A stretch of 63,358 nucleotides of DNA, counting the filler, from Basidiobolus ranarum (lineage: Eukaryota): NCBI GenBank assembly GCA_040143965.1. It is 12 parts of 12 records of this genome, joined end to end, with 100 filler letters (N's around TTAATTAATTAA, not from the genome) between each part and the next. Parts side by side here need not be neighbours in the genome. Positions count along the whole stretch, not along the records: positions 47,618 to 52,798 come from JASJQH010008555.1; positions 52,899 to 58,078 come from JASJQH010008556.1; positions 58,179 to 63,358 come from JASJQH010008557.1; 9 more parts are not named here. One strand, given 5' to 3'. The position numbers and the translations under genes were made by a program. This document shows, piece after piece, positions 49,906-62,806 of this stretch (position 1 is the stretch's first letter; every line of letters begins with the position of its first letter). A model generated the notes under the pieces. It was given only the letters and a program-made list of their open reading frames with translations, did not search any database and was not told the origin of the DNA.

Positions 49906-50978
49906 ATTCAGTGAAATTGATGTTTGAAGATATCTATGGATGATGTATTCTCAAATCGAATAAAGGTCATTATATACTTGGTCGCATTCACACTACCCCG
50001 TCTGACAAGACTGCTCTAACGATAGAATCGAGTAAGTAACAACAAACGTAAATTGTTTGATTTATATTTTATGGATACTGTGGTATTATTTGGGCAAACC
50101 TCCGCCGTCGAAGGGTACTTTCTGGACTGGATGTTGATCTATTTAGTACTGCTCTCTATTAACCGACCTTGATTTGGTGAACATCATAACAAAAAAACGA
50201 TCCATAGGAACGTTCTCCACACTCTAATAGGAAATTTTAATGATTATGTGTTTACGCGAATTCTCCCACATCTTCCCACTACATACCTTAATCAAATCAA
50301 AGTAGTGAGGATGACCAATCATCGTCCTCTTCCGCCTAGATCAACGTTTCCGTTCCCACTCCAATCCCTTAGTAACGGAACTCTGTAAAGATCAATCGAT
50401 CAAATGATCGGTAGATTCGGTCAAGAGTTAGATTCGGTCAAGAGTTAACCATCCTCATTCACTATCTTCACACCCAGACATTCTATGTGTGAAGAGAAAT
50501 CTAAGCGATTGATTGGTTTTAACAGTCGAAGTCATAGTTTATCTTGCCACACATCCATATCTGCACCTACTCGCCACGACATGACATGGTTACTTTGGAA
50601 TCATCTCTTAAATCATACTTTTTAATTGTGACGAATCCAGTGAGCTATTTTCTCGGCGATGTTCATCAAGAGCATGAAATGAGGATGACGACAAATCTCC
50701 GTTTATAAGTTGAATGAATGGTCACGATGATGTCAACCTGAGGCTTGGCCTGGTCAACAACGTACTCCTATCTTGGTATGAGTTTACTATACAGTCAGCA
50801 TGGATTGGTTCACTATAGATTTTTTAATATCTAGTGGATATTTGTTACTTGACACACGCATATTTAACACTGGTAATATCCGAATGTTTATCGTTTGGAA
50901 TTTTCTACCTAGTATATCCAATTATTCTCTAGCATAGTCTCTAACAAGCTTTAACTCAACTAAGTATTCTCGTCTAGT

Positions 50979-52798
50979 ATGATAGTTACTAGTAATCCCA
51001 TACCTAATTTAGAGAAAAATTTGAACCAAGAAATCCCTTCAAATACCCTTGATAATAGTTTTGAAAATGTATCTGAATTAAGTCCTGAACCTAACAACCC
51101 TTTACTATACAACTCCAAAGAAAGGTCACTTCAGGAAGAGTTCTCACTGGAAAGTAAGTCACCGACAAACACTCATACTGACCCCACTATAAGGAGTCCT
51201 CACATTGCGCCTAAACTCAACAACCCGACTTTCACTGGTGATAGCGATAGAATATTAAATGGAGATGGTTTGAAGGCTGACGGATTACTTGGAGATAAAG
51301 TACCAGTACGTGCGGCTGTGGAAACCAACCAAGGATTTAAAAATGACAAGTCAGCTACTTTTCGACCACTACCTTTGAAAACACCCACTCCTAAGCAAAT
51401 AACTGCTTCACTAGAACAGAATGGAACTAGAGTAATTCTTGGGTGTGGAATAACATGCTACATATGTGGTTGCCTCTTTGGAACCAAGATACTCTTTATT
51501 GTGGTGGTCATAATGTTCAGTTGTTCATGGGGATATCAACAATGTATCCGGCAAAGTAGACAAGGGGTTGAATGGATGCTTGAACGTGACAGAGCGAATG
51601 ATAAAGTAGGCCACTTTTATGAGATTTGTATGCTTCAAGGTATTAATCTGTAAGTCCTTAGCTTATTCAAAAACGTGGTGAATCTGTAGAGTGGATCAAT
51701 CACGTACTTGGTATACTTTGGCGTAGTTTAGAGCCTAGTTTATTTTCCGCTTTGATAGATATGATGGAAGATGCGATGGCAGAGCAGTTGAAAACCTTTG
51801 CAGTAATTAGATTTGAGTTTATTTTTAGAGAGATAGTTCATTAACCGATAAATTAATATATATAGAGACGAGTCAAGATTGTTGAATTTGATGTTGGTAT
51901 TCAAGCTCCACGTCTTTCGAAGTATGTTGATGATTCTTTACTCTTAATTGTTCGATATATTCATCCAAAATCCTTCGTAGCGTCCGAATCTTCCCATCCA
52001 ACGCTGAGGGATCCGAAGACATGGTGGTAAGCTTCACCTGGTTAACCTAAAATCATTGCACATCTAGCCAACACGTTGTTTATTTAGTATGGAGAAGCCA
52101 CTTTCAGTTTTCACGCATTTCCAATGGATACGCACATATTGGGTGTGCCAGAGAACAGAGCGACACCTCCTCACTTTACCTTGGAGTTACATACAGGTAT
52201 CAATGCTACCATTCCCGTTAGAGCTGAACTTCTAAGATGTGATGGCAGAGTATGTTCACCATTTCAGAGTGTTGAAGATCAATGGGTTGATTCTAAACTT
52301 CTATTTAGGTAAAATTTGATATTCGAACTATGTCGAATGCACCCTTCTTGCAAGAAGGGATATTTGCATTCGTAAGTATGCCCGTTATCGAGTGTGCAGT
52401 TCGTCCCTTGATCCAACACTTTAATTTAATGAAGGTACATATATTCATTCATCTGTTTAGTTATAATGTGTACTAAGTTTCTTTATATTAAGGTGCCAAT
52501 CTTCAAGGGATATATCGAGGACGCAATTAAAGCTACTCTGGCTGAAATGACCCAGCCGAAGTCTTTGACCTTGGACTTGGAAAGTTTCCTTACCGGCGAT
52601 GACGTCATCCATGGTTTGTACATCTTGTGTGGATTATTAGTAAGATATGTGAATATTTAACATGGTGACTTGGGTGTAGATACCAGATCCATCGGGGTAA
52701 TCAAAGTAGACATTTACGAAGGAGCGAACCTGGCCGATCTTGACCTTGGAGGTGATTAGATTTCATTACTTCGTTACTTCAATTCTTCTCCAACTAAG
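50979..52798 (+). CDS. TM-SMP-C2 membrane contact-site protein (tricalbin/Mug190-like); multi-exon, 3' truncated
   Basis: Hydrophobic hairpin, then GESVEWINHVLGILWRSL, FDVGIQAPRL, GYIEDAIKATLAEMTQPKSLTLDL and IGVIKVDIYEGANL across many short introns. Confidence 0.85.
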
Positions 52799-52951
52799 NN
52801 NNNNNNNNNNNNNNNNNNNNNNNNNNNNNNNNNNNNNNNNNNTTAATTAATTAANNNNNNNNNNNNNNNNNNNNNNNNNNNNNNNNNNNNNNNNNNNNGC
52901 CTCAGCCGCTGAAAATTGGGATATTCCACCTTTGAACTTTTGAAAATAACC

Positions 52952-54316
52952 ATGACTACAGGAACACAAAACACCAAGTGGAATATTCGCGCTTCCAAAG
53001 CTTCTCAACGTGCAGTTAACCCTATTCGTCGTATTGTCGATAACCTCAAAGTTGCTCCTCATCCCCAGAAAGCCGTTATCAGTTTGGCTCTTGGTACGTA
53101 CAGTTTTTGGCTTTCTTATTCTTCAATATAGTCCTTAACCTTTTGGCCTTCTCTACAGGTGATCCTACTATCTTTGGAAACTTTAAAATCGACGAGTCTT
53201 GCATTGACGCGGTGATTTCCAAGTTCCGTGCACATACTTCAAATGGTTATGGTCCATCAACTGGTGAGTTTATATGCCTCTCCCACTTAATTTACGAGAG
53301 TTTACTAAAAACAATTTTAATCCATAGGTTTACAAGTTGCTCGTGACGCTATTGCCCAAAAATATGCTACCAAAACGTCTCCTCTTACACCTGAGGATGT
53401 GATCATTGCCAGTGGTGCCTCTGGTGCTCTGGAATTGGCTATAGGAGCTATCGCCGACGAGGGTCAAAATATTTTATTACCATGCCCCGGATTCTCGGTT
53501 TACGAAACTTTGGCTGGTCCTAAGAAGATCCAGTGCCGTTACTACAATTTGAATCCTGAACGTTCCTGGGAGATTGATATCGAACATATGAAGAGTTTGA
53601 TTGATGAGAATACTGCTGCCATCATCATTAACAACCCATCCAACCCTTGTGGTTCGGTATTCTCCGAATCTCATCTAAAGGATATCCTCGCGGTCTGCGA
53701 TGAGTATCATCTACCCCTTATCTCTGATGAAATCTACGGAGATATGGTTTTCACCGGACATAAATTCACTCCTATCGCAGCCCTGACCGACTCTGTCCCA
53801 GTGCTCACAGTGGGTGGTCTGGCTAAACGTTACTTGGTTCCAGGTTGGAGAGTTGGATGGGTGCTCATTCATGATAGAAATGAGATTCTGAGCGATGTCC
53901 GTGAGGGATTAGTTTCTTTAAGTCAAATGATTATCGGAGCGAATACAGTGATACAAGCAGCCTTACCCGAAATCCTTCATAAGACACCTGAGAACTTCTA
54001 CGATGAGACCAACAAGCAAGTAGAGGAAAATGCTCTTCTTTGTGCGGAACTCCTCTCCAAGATCCCTGGTTTGCAAGTTGTAAAACCCCAAGGTGCTATG
54101 TATATGATGGTTGCCATTAAGCCAGAAGAATTCAAGGACATCAAGGATGATGTCGTGTTCTCAGAGAAACTTTTGGGAGAAGAGTCAGTAATTGTTCTCC
54201 CCGCTCAATGCTTCAAATACCCCAATTATATTCGTCTGGTTATCACCCCACCCAAGGAAAGATTGATCGAAGCATGCGAACGTATTGAGAACTTCTGTCG
54301 CAATCATCACGTATAA
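52952..54316 (+). CDS. TAT: Tyrosine aminotransferase (PLP class I); introns 53094-53158 and 53264-53327
   Basis: NPIRRIVD, SLALGDPT, NGYGPSTG, NNPSNPCGSVF, ISDEIY, GGLAKRYLVPGWRVGW. Confidence 0.95.
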
Positions 54317-54563
54317 TTTTGCATTCCTCCACATCACCTTCCTGTAGTATTGTTAACTATCATTAAAATCAACAACAAACTATCACACCTATATTACCAC
54401 ATGTTCTGAATGCTATTGTATGAATTTTGGAATGCACATACTAGTGACATTCACTATATAGTTCAAGGCGATTTCTAGTATACTGCTATTAATGATCATC
54501 ATATGATAACATCTTTTGACTTTATTTTGCGGTTTGAATTCTACATATTTACTACTAATGATG

Positions 54564-55760
54564 CTATTGACTAGCCTCGGCGATTTTGATGACCACCTTC
54601 CCAGGGTATTTTCCATTTAAGAGATCAACAAATGTCTGTGGCGCATTTTCAAGCCCATCAATGACGTTTTCACGATAAATAATTTCTCCGGACTTCAGCA
54701 TAGGTGCCACTTTCGTATCAAGATCATTCCAGTACTGGGTATGATACCAATAAATGAATCCTTGGAGACGAATATTTTTGGGAGCAATCAAGTGCAAATG
54801 CTTCAAGGGATAAGGCTTCTCACCATTCTCTTGGGATAGCATACCGACCGATACGATCCTACCATTGTCATTCATTTGATCCAGGACGATGTCTAATGTT
54901 TCTCCGCCTACAAGATCATAATACACATCGATTCCATTGGGTGCAAGTTTTGAGAGTTCTGTCTGCGTATTGTGCGTCTTGTAATTAAATGCTGCGTCGA
55001 ATTTCTGATGCTTGGTCAAGTAGTCCACTTTCTCGTCACTACCTGCACTGCCAATCACTCTCAGACCTTGATGCTTCGCAAGTTGTCCAACTAACTGACC
55101 CACTCCACTGGAGAGCAATCAACATCATATAGACATTCATGAGTTAGTAAAAATCCACCAAAATTAGATATACCAACGATGATTCTACATACCCAGCCGC
55201 AGAAGCAATGAAGATCGTCTCACCAGCTTTAATCTCTCCGATGGACTTCAATCCTGCGTAGGCAGTTAAACCTGGCATACCTAATGCACCTACATAGTGA
55301 GAAAGTGGTACCACAGATTGACGTGCGTTCTCCAGAACTCTAAAATCATTTTTCTCTTTTCCAATGGAATATGTCTCCCAACCAGTATTACCACTAACAA
55401 TAGTTCCCACTGGATATGTAGAATTCTTAGTTTCAATCACTTCCGATACACCTAAACCGATAATTGGAATATTAAGTTGCTTCAATTCTTCTGGGACTCT
55501 ATAATCCTTATTAAAGAAGTGTCGAATGTCTATTATGGGAATTTCTGTATGTTAGAGAAGGGACCGAAACAAAATGATTTGGTTTAAAATAACTTACAAA
55601 TATCTAGGGACATGTAGAGATTCTTCAACAGAAATTCTCCTTCATTCAGAGCCACTTTTATATCAACAGTCTCAACTCGAAAGTTGTCAACACTAATTTC
55701 CGACTCATTAACATAGGAAGTACGAATGACCCGTGTATTCTTCAAGGTGTTGGTTGCCAT
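54564..55760 (-). CDS. NADP-dependent alkenal/prostaglandin reductase-like oxidoreductase (MDR family); introns 55530-55597 and 55108-55192
   Basis: NLYMSLDIYIR, GALGMPGLTAYAGL, ASAAGGVGQLVGQLAK, GSAGSDEKV, AFNYK, DGLENAP, GKVVIKI. Confidence 0.93.
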
Positions 55761-56221
55761 GGTATTTGGATTAATTATAAGGTGAAGCTAAAGAAGTATT
55801 GATATAAAGTAACAATCTTTGTACTACGTTACAACATCGTTTCTATATATTGCGGAAAGTTAGATATTCATTTGAATTTGTATGGCTTGAGAAGCAAATC
55901 ATGCCACATATCAGTAGAATATTTTGTCTTAAGTCAATTATCCAATGGGCAATAACTTAGGTAATAATACAGTCGATTAGTAAGCAATCATGCATTGGTG
56001 ATTAGTAATTCTTTTAAAGTTGAGTTTCCAGTAGCTATAGCCTTCATATACATGTTTTTGCTGAGTTATCTGACTCATGTTATTATTGTCATTGGCATAA
56101 TATTATGAAATTTATAATTTTTGCTGTGTTTTGGTGAATTGCAAATAAGTATTTACACAGCACTTGTTCCATTTTGCTACCTTGGCTCATTATATTAGAG
56201 TGATATCAAATATCTATATGT

Positions 56222-57808
56222 TGTTGAAATTAGCATTGCCTGAACACCTATATAGTCATATATAGCTTAGTACTTAGTTATCTTATAATTCACTAAGATA
56301 TTATCCATTATTCTCAATCAGAAATTACTTCAAATATTTTTACCAACTTAGAAGTTCTCAGATATATAGATTTTTCAAAGAAGCCTCAAACTTTGCACAC
56401 ATGTTCCTGGGACCTTCCTTAACACATTCTACACATTAGTTTGTTTACATCTTGACAAAACTATAAATTTCAACTTTCTACTCAATAAACTAATAAGTGA
56501 AAACCACTAATATCCTCTATCTCTCTTAAGTATATACTTTTAAGGATGTACTACATATTCCAGATATTGCCAAGAATTTAATATCTGTATGCAAGGCCAC
56601 CTCAGAAGTGCTAAAATTCAATTTTGAAAAGTCAGGAAACACCATCACTGATCAAAATGGGAATTATTTAGCTTTGGGAGAAAAGGATCAGAACTTATAC
56701 AAACTTACATAACATCCAAGAGGTTTATATATAAATATAATTTATTCCAATCAAGAAACTATTCAATTATGGCATAAGAGATTTGACCATATTGGATTTG
56801 ATTATTTGAGCAAATGATCAAAAATTGCCTAATTTCTGGAATTCAAATTAACCTCCCCCAACCAAAATGGAAATATGTGAGGGTTGTATATATGAAAAAC
56901 AAGCCAGGCAACTATTCAAGAGCTTGGGTTTAATCAAATCTGTCAAAAAATTGGATCTAATTCATTCAGATTTGTCTGGACCTATGCAAAATTTATATTT
57001 AGGTGGAAAAAGATATTTAATCACATTTATTGATGATTATACAAGATACACTTGGGTCTACTTTATGGAAAGAAAAGAAGAAGCTCTCTCTATCTTTGGA
57101 GATTTTAAAACACTTGTAGAGACTGAAACTGGAATTAAAGTCAAGAAAAAACATATTGATAATGGTAGAGAATTTACTTCAACACTATTTAAGCACTTTT
57201 GCAAAGTTCTTGGAATTAAGCAAGAAATTACAGCCCCCTATTCATCTCAACACAATGGAGTTGCTGAAAGAGCCAACAGGACTATAATAGAAATGGCAAG
57301 ATCTATGATAAATGCACAAAATTTATCTCAACTTTTGGGCAGAATCTATTGCTGCAGCTGTATATCTGAAGAATAAGAGTTTTACTAGAAGTCTGTCTAA
57401 CTCTACACCATATCAAGCTTGGTTTGGAGTTAAACCTGATGTAAAACATTTGAGGATCTTTGGATGCATTGCCTGTGCCAAAAATTTGACCAAAAATCAG
57501 TCTAAATTTGATCCACAAAGTAGGAAATGCATATTTCTGGGTCATTGTACTCAAAATAAGGCCTACAGACTCTGTGATACCAAAATATCCAAGTTAATCA
57601 AGTCCAGGGATGTTTTGTTTGATGAAAATGAAAAATTTTCACCCAAATTCACCTCAGATGATGACCAAAATCATTTCTCCTGATCCAATCATTTAAATTG
57701 ATTCAAACCAAAACAATGAAGAAAATAGCAATCCTGTGGACCCTTCAATCAAAGTCTTGCCTACTGAAGTGCCCAATACAATGCCAGAAGTTGTAAAACC
57801 TTTATTGC
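56222..57808 (+). mobile_element. Internally deleted Ty1/copia element: family A LTR (56222-~56520) fused to a degenerate protease end, GAG-pre-integrase, rve integrase and SH3 region
   Basis: DVLHIPDIAKNLISV, LWHKRF.H, CEGC, LIHSDLSGP, FIDDYTRYTWVYF, DNGREF, PYSSQHNGVAERANRTI, LRIFGC, KFDPQSRKCIFLG, SRDVLFDE; contains frameshifts and stops. Confidence 0.93.
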
Positions 57809-58078
57809 TGTTGAATAATTAGTCTTTATTCAACATCATAGTTAACTTTAGTTATGATACATATATCAGAAACAGAGAGCAATGTATATATAGCCCCTAT
57901 ATTCTAAATAGGAATATCTCTATATCTATATAACAAGTGTGTCTTATAACCCCCACTTATCTATTACATCTTATTACACAAACTCCTGAATATCTCAAAC
58001 AATTGATTTACTTTTCTACTATATAAGTCACCATATACTCTTAAGAATAAAGCAACTAAAACACACTATCATAAGTTG
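57809..58078 (+). mobile_element. 5' part of a putative LTR, family B, interrupting the copia element
   Basis: Abrupt switch from pol-like sequence to TGTTGAATAA...; the 3' 62 bp are shared with 31766-31827. Confidence 0.6.
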
Positions 58079-58178
58079 NNNNNNNNNNNNNNNNNNNNNN
58101 NNNNNNNNNNNNNNNNNNNNNNTTAATTAATTAANNNNNNNNNNNNNNNNNNNNNNNNNNNNNNNNNNNNNNNNNNNN

Positions 58179-58643
58179 TGGATTAACAGAATTGGTAATC
58201 GTGAATATTACATGAATTGCGCCGATATTGAAATTCAAGGATCTACCAACGGTTATATTACCGGACCAAAGTTGTTGGTTGTCAATCTCTCTGGCTACCC
58301 AACTATACCTGAATTTTCTCAAGATGGTCCTAACGATGGTAGAGACTTGCTAGCAGCTCGCCCCATCATTACGATCCGTCCGGAGCAAGATACCTCAACT
58401 CCAACCACTACTACCAGTACCACACCCACTAAAACCCCTAGTACTACAACAACCACATCCTCTACAGCCACTCCTACTTCAGGAACCGGAGCTTGCAAAG
58501 ATGCACCTGCATGGAGCTCTGGAATTGCCTACAACGGAGCTCAAAAGGTTACTCATAAAGGTCATTTGTGGCAAGCAAAATGGTGGACTCAAAATGAATC
58601 ACCGGATACTAGCAGTGTTTGGACTGATTTAGGTGCTTGCTAA
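58179..58643 (+). CDS. C-terminal part of an AA11-like lytic chitin monooxygenase with Thr-rich linker and CBM5/12 chitin-binding module; 5' truncated
   Basis: WINRIGNREYYMNCADI matches the AA11 W.N.IGNRE.YMNCA motif; CKDAPAWSSGIAYNGAQKVTHKGHLWQAKWWTQ...VW is CBM5/12. Confidence 0.85.
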   Translation, partial: WINRIGNREYYMNCADIEIQGSTNGYITGPKLLVVNLSGYPTIPEFSQDGPNDGRDLLAARPIITIRPEQDTSTPTTTTSTTPTKTPSTTTTTSSTATPTSGTGACKDAPAWSSGIAYNGAQKVTHKGHLWQAKWWTQNESPDTSSVWTDLGAC

Positions 58644-59779
58644 ATCGGGTTCCTTATTGATCTATTTAAAAAATAAACTTTGCCAAATTGGTATAACTTC
58701 AATAGGATTTCAAGTGTGGATGAGTAGTATCAGGTTTATCAATCCGCTAGTATTATTTCGGATTTTATCAACCACCGGTTCAATGTAACATTGGCATCGC
58801 GTAGTAAAATTGAAGTAGTTTGTATTTTCCAAGTAGCATTCCCCCACTGCGTTTTGTTCTCCTGATCGTGAGAGTGTTCTCTAGCAGATTTAAATCCTTC
58901 AATCCCTACAACTCTAATTACTATTACCAATACTTGACGGACTGCAGCTTGCAACTATGAAGAACGACGCTTCTGATCTGATGTTAGCATCGAATATGAA
59001 AACATGTTACTAATCATTAACTGATGTAGAAATACTGATTGGTTATAATCAAAACCCAGTTGCTACGAACGTTCATAATTCTCCCAGACTTCTAATAGCT
59101 GTAAAGGTAAGTGATTAGCTCTGGGAAATTCGAGCAGCCAGGGACCAGTTACCTAGACCAGTTGTGTAATACTCTTATAAACTAGGAAGTACCAGGTAGG
59201 TTAGTCCAAAAAAATAATGTTAAATGCCTGCTTGCTAATAATACCAATTCAGCGGATATCTCCGATGCAAATTAGGTTCAATTATGCCAAATTGGACATC
59301 TCAAAATTCACACTAACTCCTACGGGTAATGAGATGCTCTATTGTCCCAGGGTTTCCGAAGTTTAAACGTAAGTACAGTTCCTTAATTTTCTGGAAATGT
59401 CCTTGAGTTATTTCCAATCTCCTACAGCTCTTCTGAGCCTTGCGGCGTTGACTGTTGCACTTCAAGTATAACCCAACTTTTCTGGTATCCCGACTTTAAT
59501 GTGGTGGGTCCACTGGGAGTATTTCCATGCAAAAGGTATGAGAAAAGTGGAATTGTTCAAATTGTCCAGGCTAAGTGTTAAACTTGGCGGTGTAGCTACT
59601 CATAGTGGAGGCTATTTTCATACGGTTCTATTGCCACTACAGTGGCGCTACTAAGAAATAGTTAGCAAAGTTATTTTTGGAGAGTCATGAAGTTATGTAA
59701 GGTACTAGGAAGGAGGTAGAAAGCAAAGATTTGCTCCATTTGGGACTTCTTTTGCTAGGTGGGATAAACAGGACAAATG

Positions 59780-60120
59780 AAGGAACCATCCCGTCTATAT
59801 TATGTAATACAGGCTCGAGTTCATTGCTGAGATAGTTTACACCACAAAGAATAACACTACCCTTAGTTCCTCCGGCAAGTTCCAGGAATCCATGGGCCCA
59901 ATTGACCATATCCCCCGTTATAAATCTTAATAAAAGCTTGTTCATTTAACCAGGATTGTTGCAGTAACCCTTGAATAGCTGAGGACATGATACCTGCAGA
60001 TTACCGTAAGAGCCAACTGGCAAAATTTGATTGTCATCACCGACGATTCTCAAACACACTTCGCTGGAAGGATACCCTAATGCTGTTACAATGAAGCTAT
60101 CAACTTCACTAACTGAGCTA
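59780..60120 (-). pseudogene. Decayed adenylation (AMP-binding) domain of NRPS-like type
   Basis: LGYPSSEVCLRIVGDDNQILPVGSYGNLQVSCPQLFKGYCNNP, frameshift, LNEQAF, frameshift, FITGD...GFLELAGGTKGSVILCGVNYLSNELE corresponds to cores A6-A8. Confidence 0.75.
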
Positions 60121-61381
60121 CTGATAGGGTTAAATTTAAGTCAAACATTATTTTTGTTTACAACAATTTTATTAGGTAACTGTCTGTCCTTCGATCAAAT
60201 AATCAATGATCGATCAGTTACTAACGTCTGAAACACTAACTAACTGACTTTGCCCACAACAGCTTCCAATAACAGCCACGTATTACAACTACCAATAATA
60301 GTATTACATGACTTGACAATTATCCCAGTTCTTTAGTCTAAATACATTTAAACATACTAGCCCTAACCCTAACCCTTAGTACTTCATTTAAGATGAGCAA
60401 ATATTAATAGCTATTGAAATATTTAAGCTAATCCTACGTATATAACCTAAATGAATTAACCCTAAGATAGTAACAATGCACGCAGGTGCCAAAATCTACA
60501 TTCAACACAAGATATATGCTACTTTCACTGAACATCCTTTGTCTTATAAATATAAGCAAACATTAATTGCGGTCATCATTATCTACTCGGTGTACTGGTT
60601 TAGAGATATATCTACAATCTATCCACATTCATTTTACACAAATAACTCTAATCCAAGATGGATTAATAAGGAATGTTTGCCTGACTAGTTGTTAGTCCAT
60701 CATATATACTACTACAACAAAATACTAATAGGCCTACTGATAAGGTTAGCATTGGGACACCTCCTGATTGATATCTGATTAGATCTGAAATAAAGAGCTA
60801 TGCAGAAACGTATAACAGTCAAGGATGTTATCACACTCTTGTATACCGCTAATTGTGAAAGCACCAAGATAGCGTCACCTGAGCTTATAGCGGGAGATCA
60901 TGTCACTTACTTGGCAAGATCTCCCAGTTAATGATTGGCTCAAGACTGTCACACCTATTTAAAACGAGTTAAGCTTTGCTGCCTCTAACATTACTGAAAG
61001 TCATCTATAGTGAGAAAATTTCTCTACTTCAGGTTGTAAAGCATCTTTCGATGCTTCCTATTGATCCACGGGGTTAGTGGATACGGAAATCCTAATAATT
61101 GGTAAGGTTATTTGTACCACTTCCAATTCCGTTCTCACTGTTTTATTCATTCGCTTCAATTTCAAATCTTCTATGTGAATTCTAACTTCAAGTAGTGCAG
61201 TGTCACCAAGGTGTCACACAATTGTCCAGTGACAATGAAGTACCAGAGAAAAATCAAGGCCACTAGGAAGTATTCATTAGATGAGACCATTTCTGAATTA
61301 AATGAGACAAGCAATGCACTCTTTAAACGGCAAATATAAATGAGAGAGTTGTCAACTGATAACTGAATCTTCACCAGTAAC

Positions 61382-62806
61382 ATGCAACTCAAAGCTAGCT
61401 TCACTCTACTCACCTTGGTTCTATCCTTGTTAGTAAATGCTAAGCAGGAATCTGAATGGCTGCAAAGTAAAATCACTACCAAAGGCTTGCTTCGTCACAC
61501 TGACAACTTCCAACGCTTCTCCAAGGTCTACAAAGGAACAAGGGTGTTTTCTACTCCAGGACACAAATTGACTTTGAGTTATCTTGAAACCAATCTCAAG
61601 CGAGCGGGTTTCCACGTGTCTCGTCATCCATTCCAATCCATTTATTCCGAAACTATACTTGCTAAAGCTACCGTCACCGTAAATGGCAAGAGAGAAAAAT
61701 TCCCAGTGTTTGGATTAGCTTACACCAAATCTACACCTAAAAATGGAATCCAATCCGAGCTTGTGCATATTCCAAATAAGGTCGGTCAAAACCTTTCATT
61801 TGGATGCGAACCTGAGGACTTCGAAGGAGTAGATGTCAAGGGAAAGATTGCTTTGATTTCACGTGGCGTATGCTCGGCAAATGTCAAATCCTCAAACGCA
61901 GCCAAAGCTAATGCTGCCGCGGTACTGATTTACAACGATGCCGATCAAGAGTTCCGTGGCCGCCTTGCCCTCACAAACACTTCTACGTTAATTACTGGTG
62001 GACTTAGTAAGACTTCTGGTAGTAGACTTGTGGAGTTGCTCAAACAAGGTCCTTTGAAGTTGGACCTCACAATCATTGAGAAAGTAGAGAACCGTACCAC
62101 TCATAACATCATTGCCGAGACCAAAACTGGTGATCCAAACCATGTTGTTTTCTTAGGTGCTCATAGTGATTCAGTATGGGCTGGCCCGGGTATTAACGAC
62201 AATGGGTCCGGTTCAGCAGCTCTACTAGAGGTAGCACTGAACTTGGGTCGTAAGTACCAAGCAAAAAATAAAGTGCGATTTGGCTGGTTCTCTGCAGAAG
62301 AGTACGGACTTCTTGGTTCCTACGCCTATGTAGACTCACTCAGTGAAGAAGAGCGCAAGAAGATAACTCTAATGTTAAATTTTGATATGATTGCAAGTCC
62401 TAATTATGTACTCCGTATATATAATCAGGATGCCAATGGCGGAGCAAGTCCTGCTGGCTCAGAGGTTATTACTAAAGATTTCGAGAAGGATTTCCAAGCC
62501 AAAGGAATTCCTTACGAAAGCATACCTTTCCCATATACCGGCTCAGATATTGGACCCTTTGCTGCCGCAGGGATTCCTTCCGGCGGATTAATCTCTGGTG
62601 TCTCGGGCATTAAAACCGAGGCCCAGGCCAAGATCTTTGGTGGTACTGTCGGAAAAGCGTTGGACGAGTGCTATCATCTTGAGTGTGATACTACCAAGAA
62701 CCTCAATCCAAAAGCATTTTTAATCAATGCTAGAAGTATTGCAGATGCTGTATATAGATACTCTCAGGACGTTTCGGAAGTAACGAAAGTCAGTGGACGT
62801 CCATAA
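61382..62806 (+). CDS. Secreted M28 aminopeptidase with PA domain (aminopeptidase Y / Lap2-like)
   Basis: Signal peptide; GKIALISRGVC; GAHSDSV, GINDNGSG, SAEEYGLLGS, NFDMIASPN, GSD, CYHLECD. Confidence 0.95.
   Translation: MQLKASFTLLTLVLSLLVNAKQESEWLQSKITTKGLLRHTDNFQRFSKVYKGTRVFSTPGHKLTLSYLETNLKRAGFHVSRHPFQSIYSETILAKATVTVNGKREKFPVFGLAYTKSTPKNGIQSELVHIPNKVGQNLSFGCEPEDFEGVDVKGKIALISRGVCSANVKSSNAAKANAAAVLIYNDADQEFRGRLALTNTSTLITGGLSKTSGSRLVELLKQGPLKLDLTIIEKVENRTTHNIIAETKTGDPNHVVFLGAHSDSVWAGPGINDNGSGSAALLEVALNLGRKYQAKNKVRFGWFSAEEYGLLGSYAYVDSLSEEERKKITLMLNFDMIASPNYVLRIYNQDANGGASPAGSEVITKDFEKDFQAKGIPYESIPFPYTGSDIGPFAAAGIPSGGLISGVSGIKTEAQAKIFGGTVGKALDECYHLECDTTKNLNPKAFLINARSIADAVYRYSQDVSEVTKVSGRP

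Noticed and set aside
50411-50446. 17-bp exact tandem duplication tagattcggtcaagagt x2
   Set aside because: Isolated slippage-type duplication with no further structure.
5202-58178. Regularly spaced TTAATTAATTAA palindromes every ~5.3 kb
   Set aside because: Artificial six-frame-stop linkers between size-sorted contigs, not biological.
60361-60378. Telomere-like CCCTAA runs (also ~4708 and ~21718)
   Set aside because: Only 2-3 units and internal to contigs; not telomeres.
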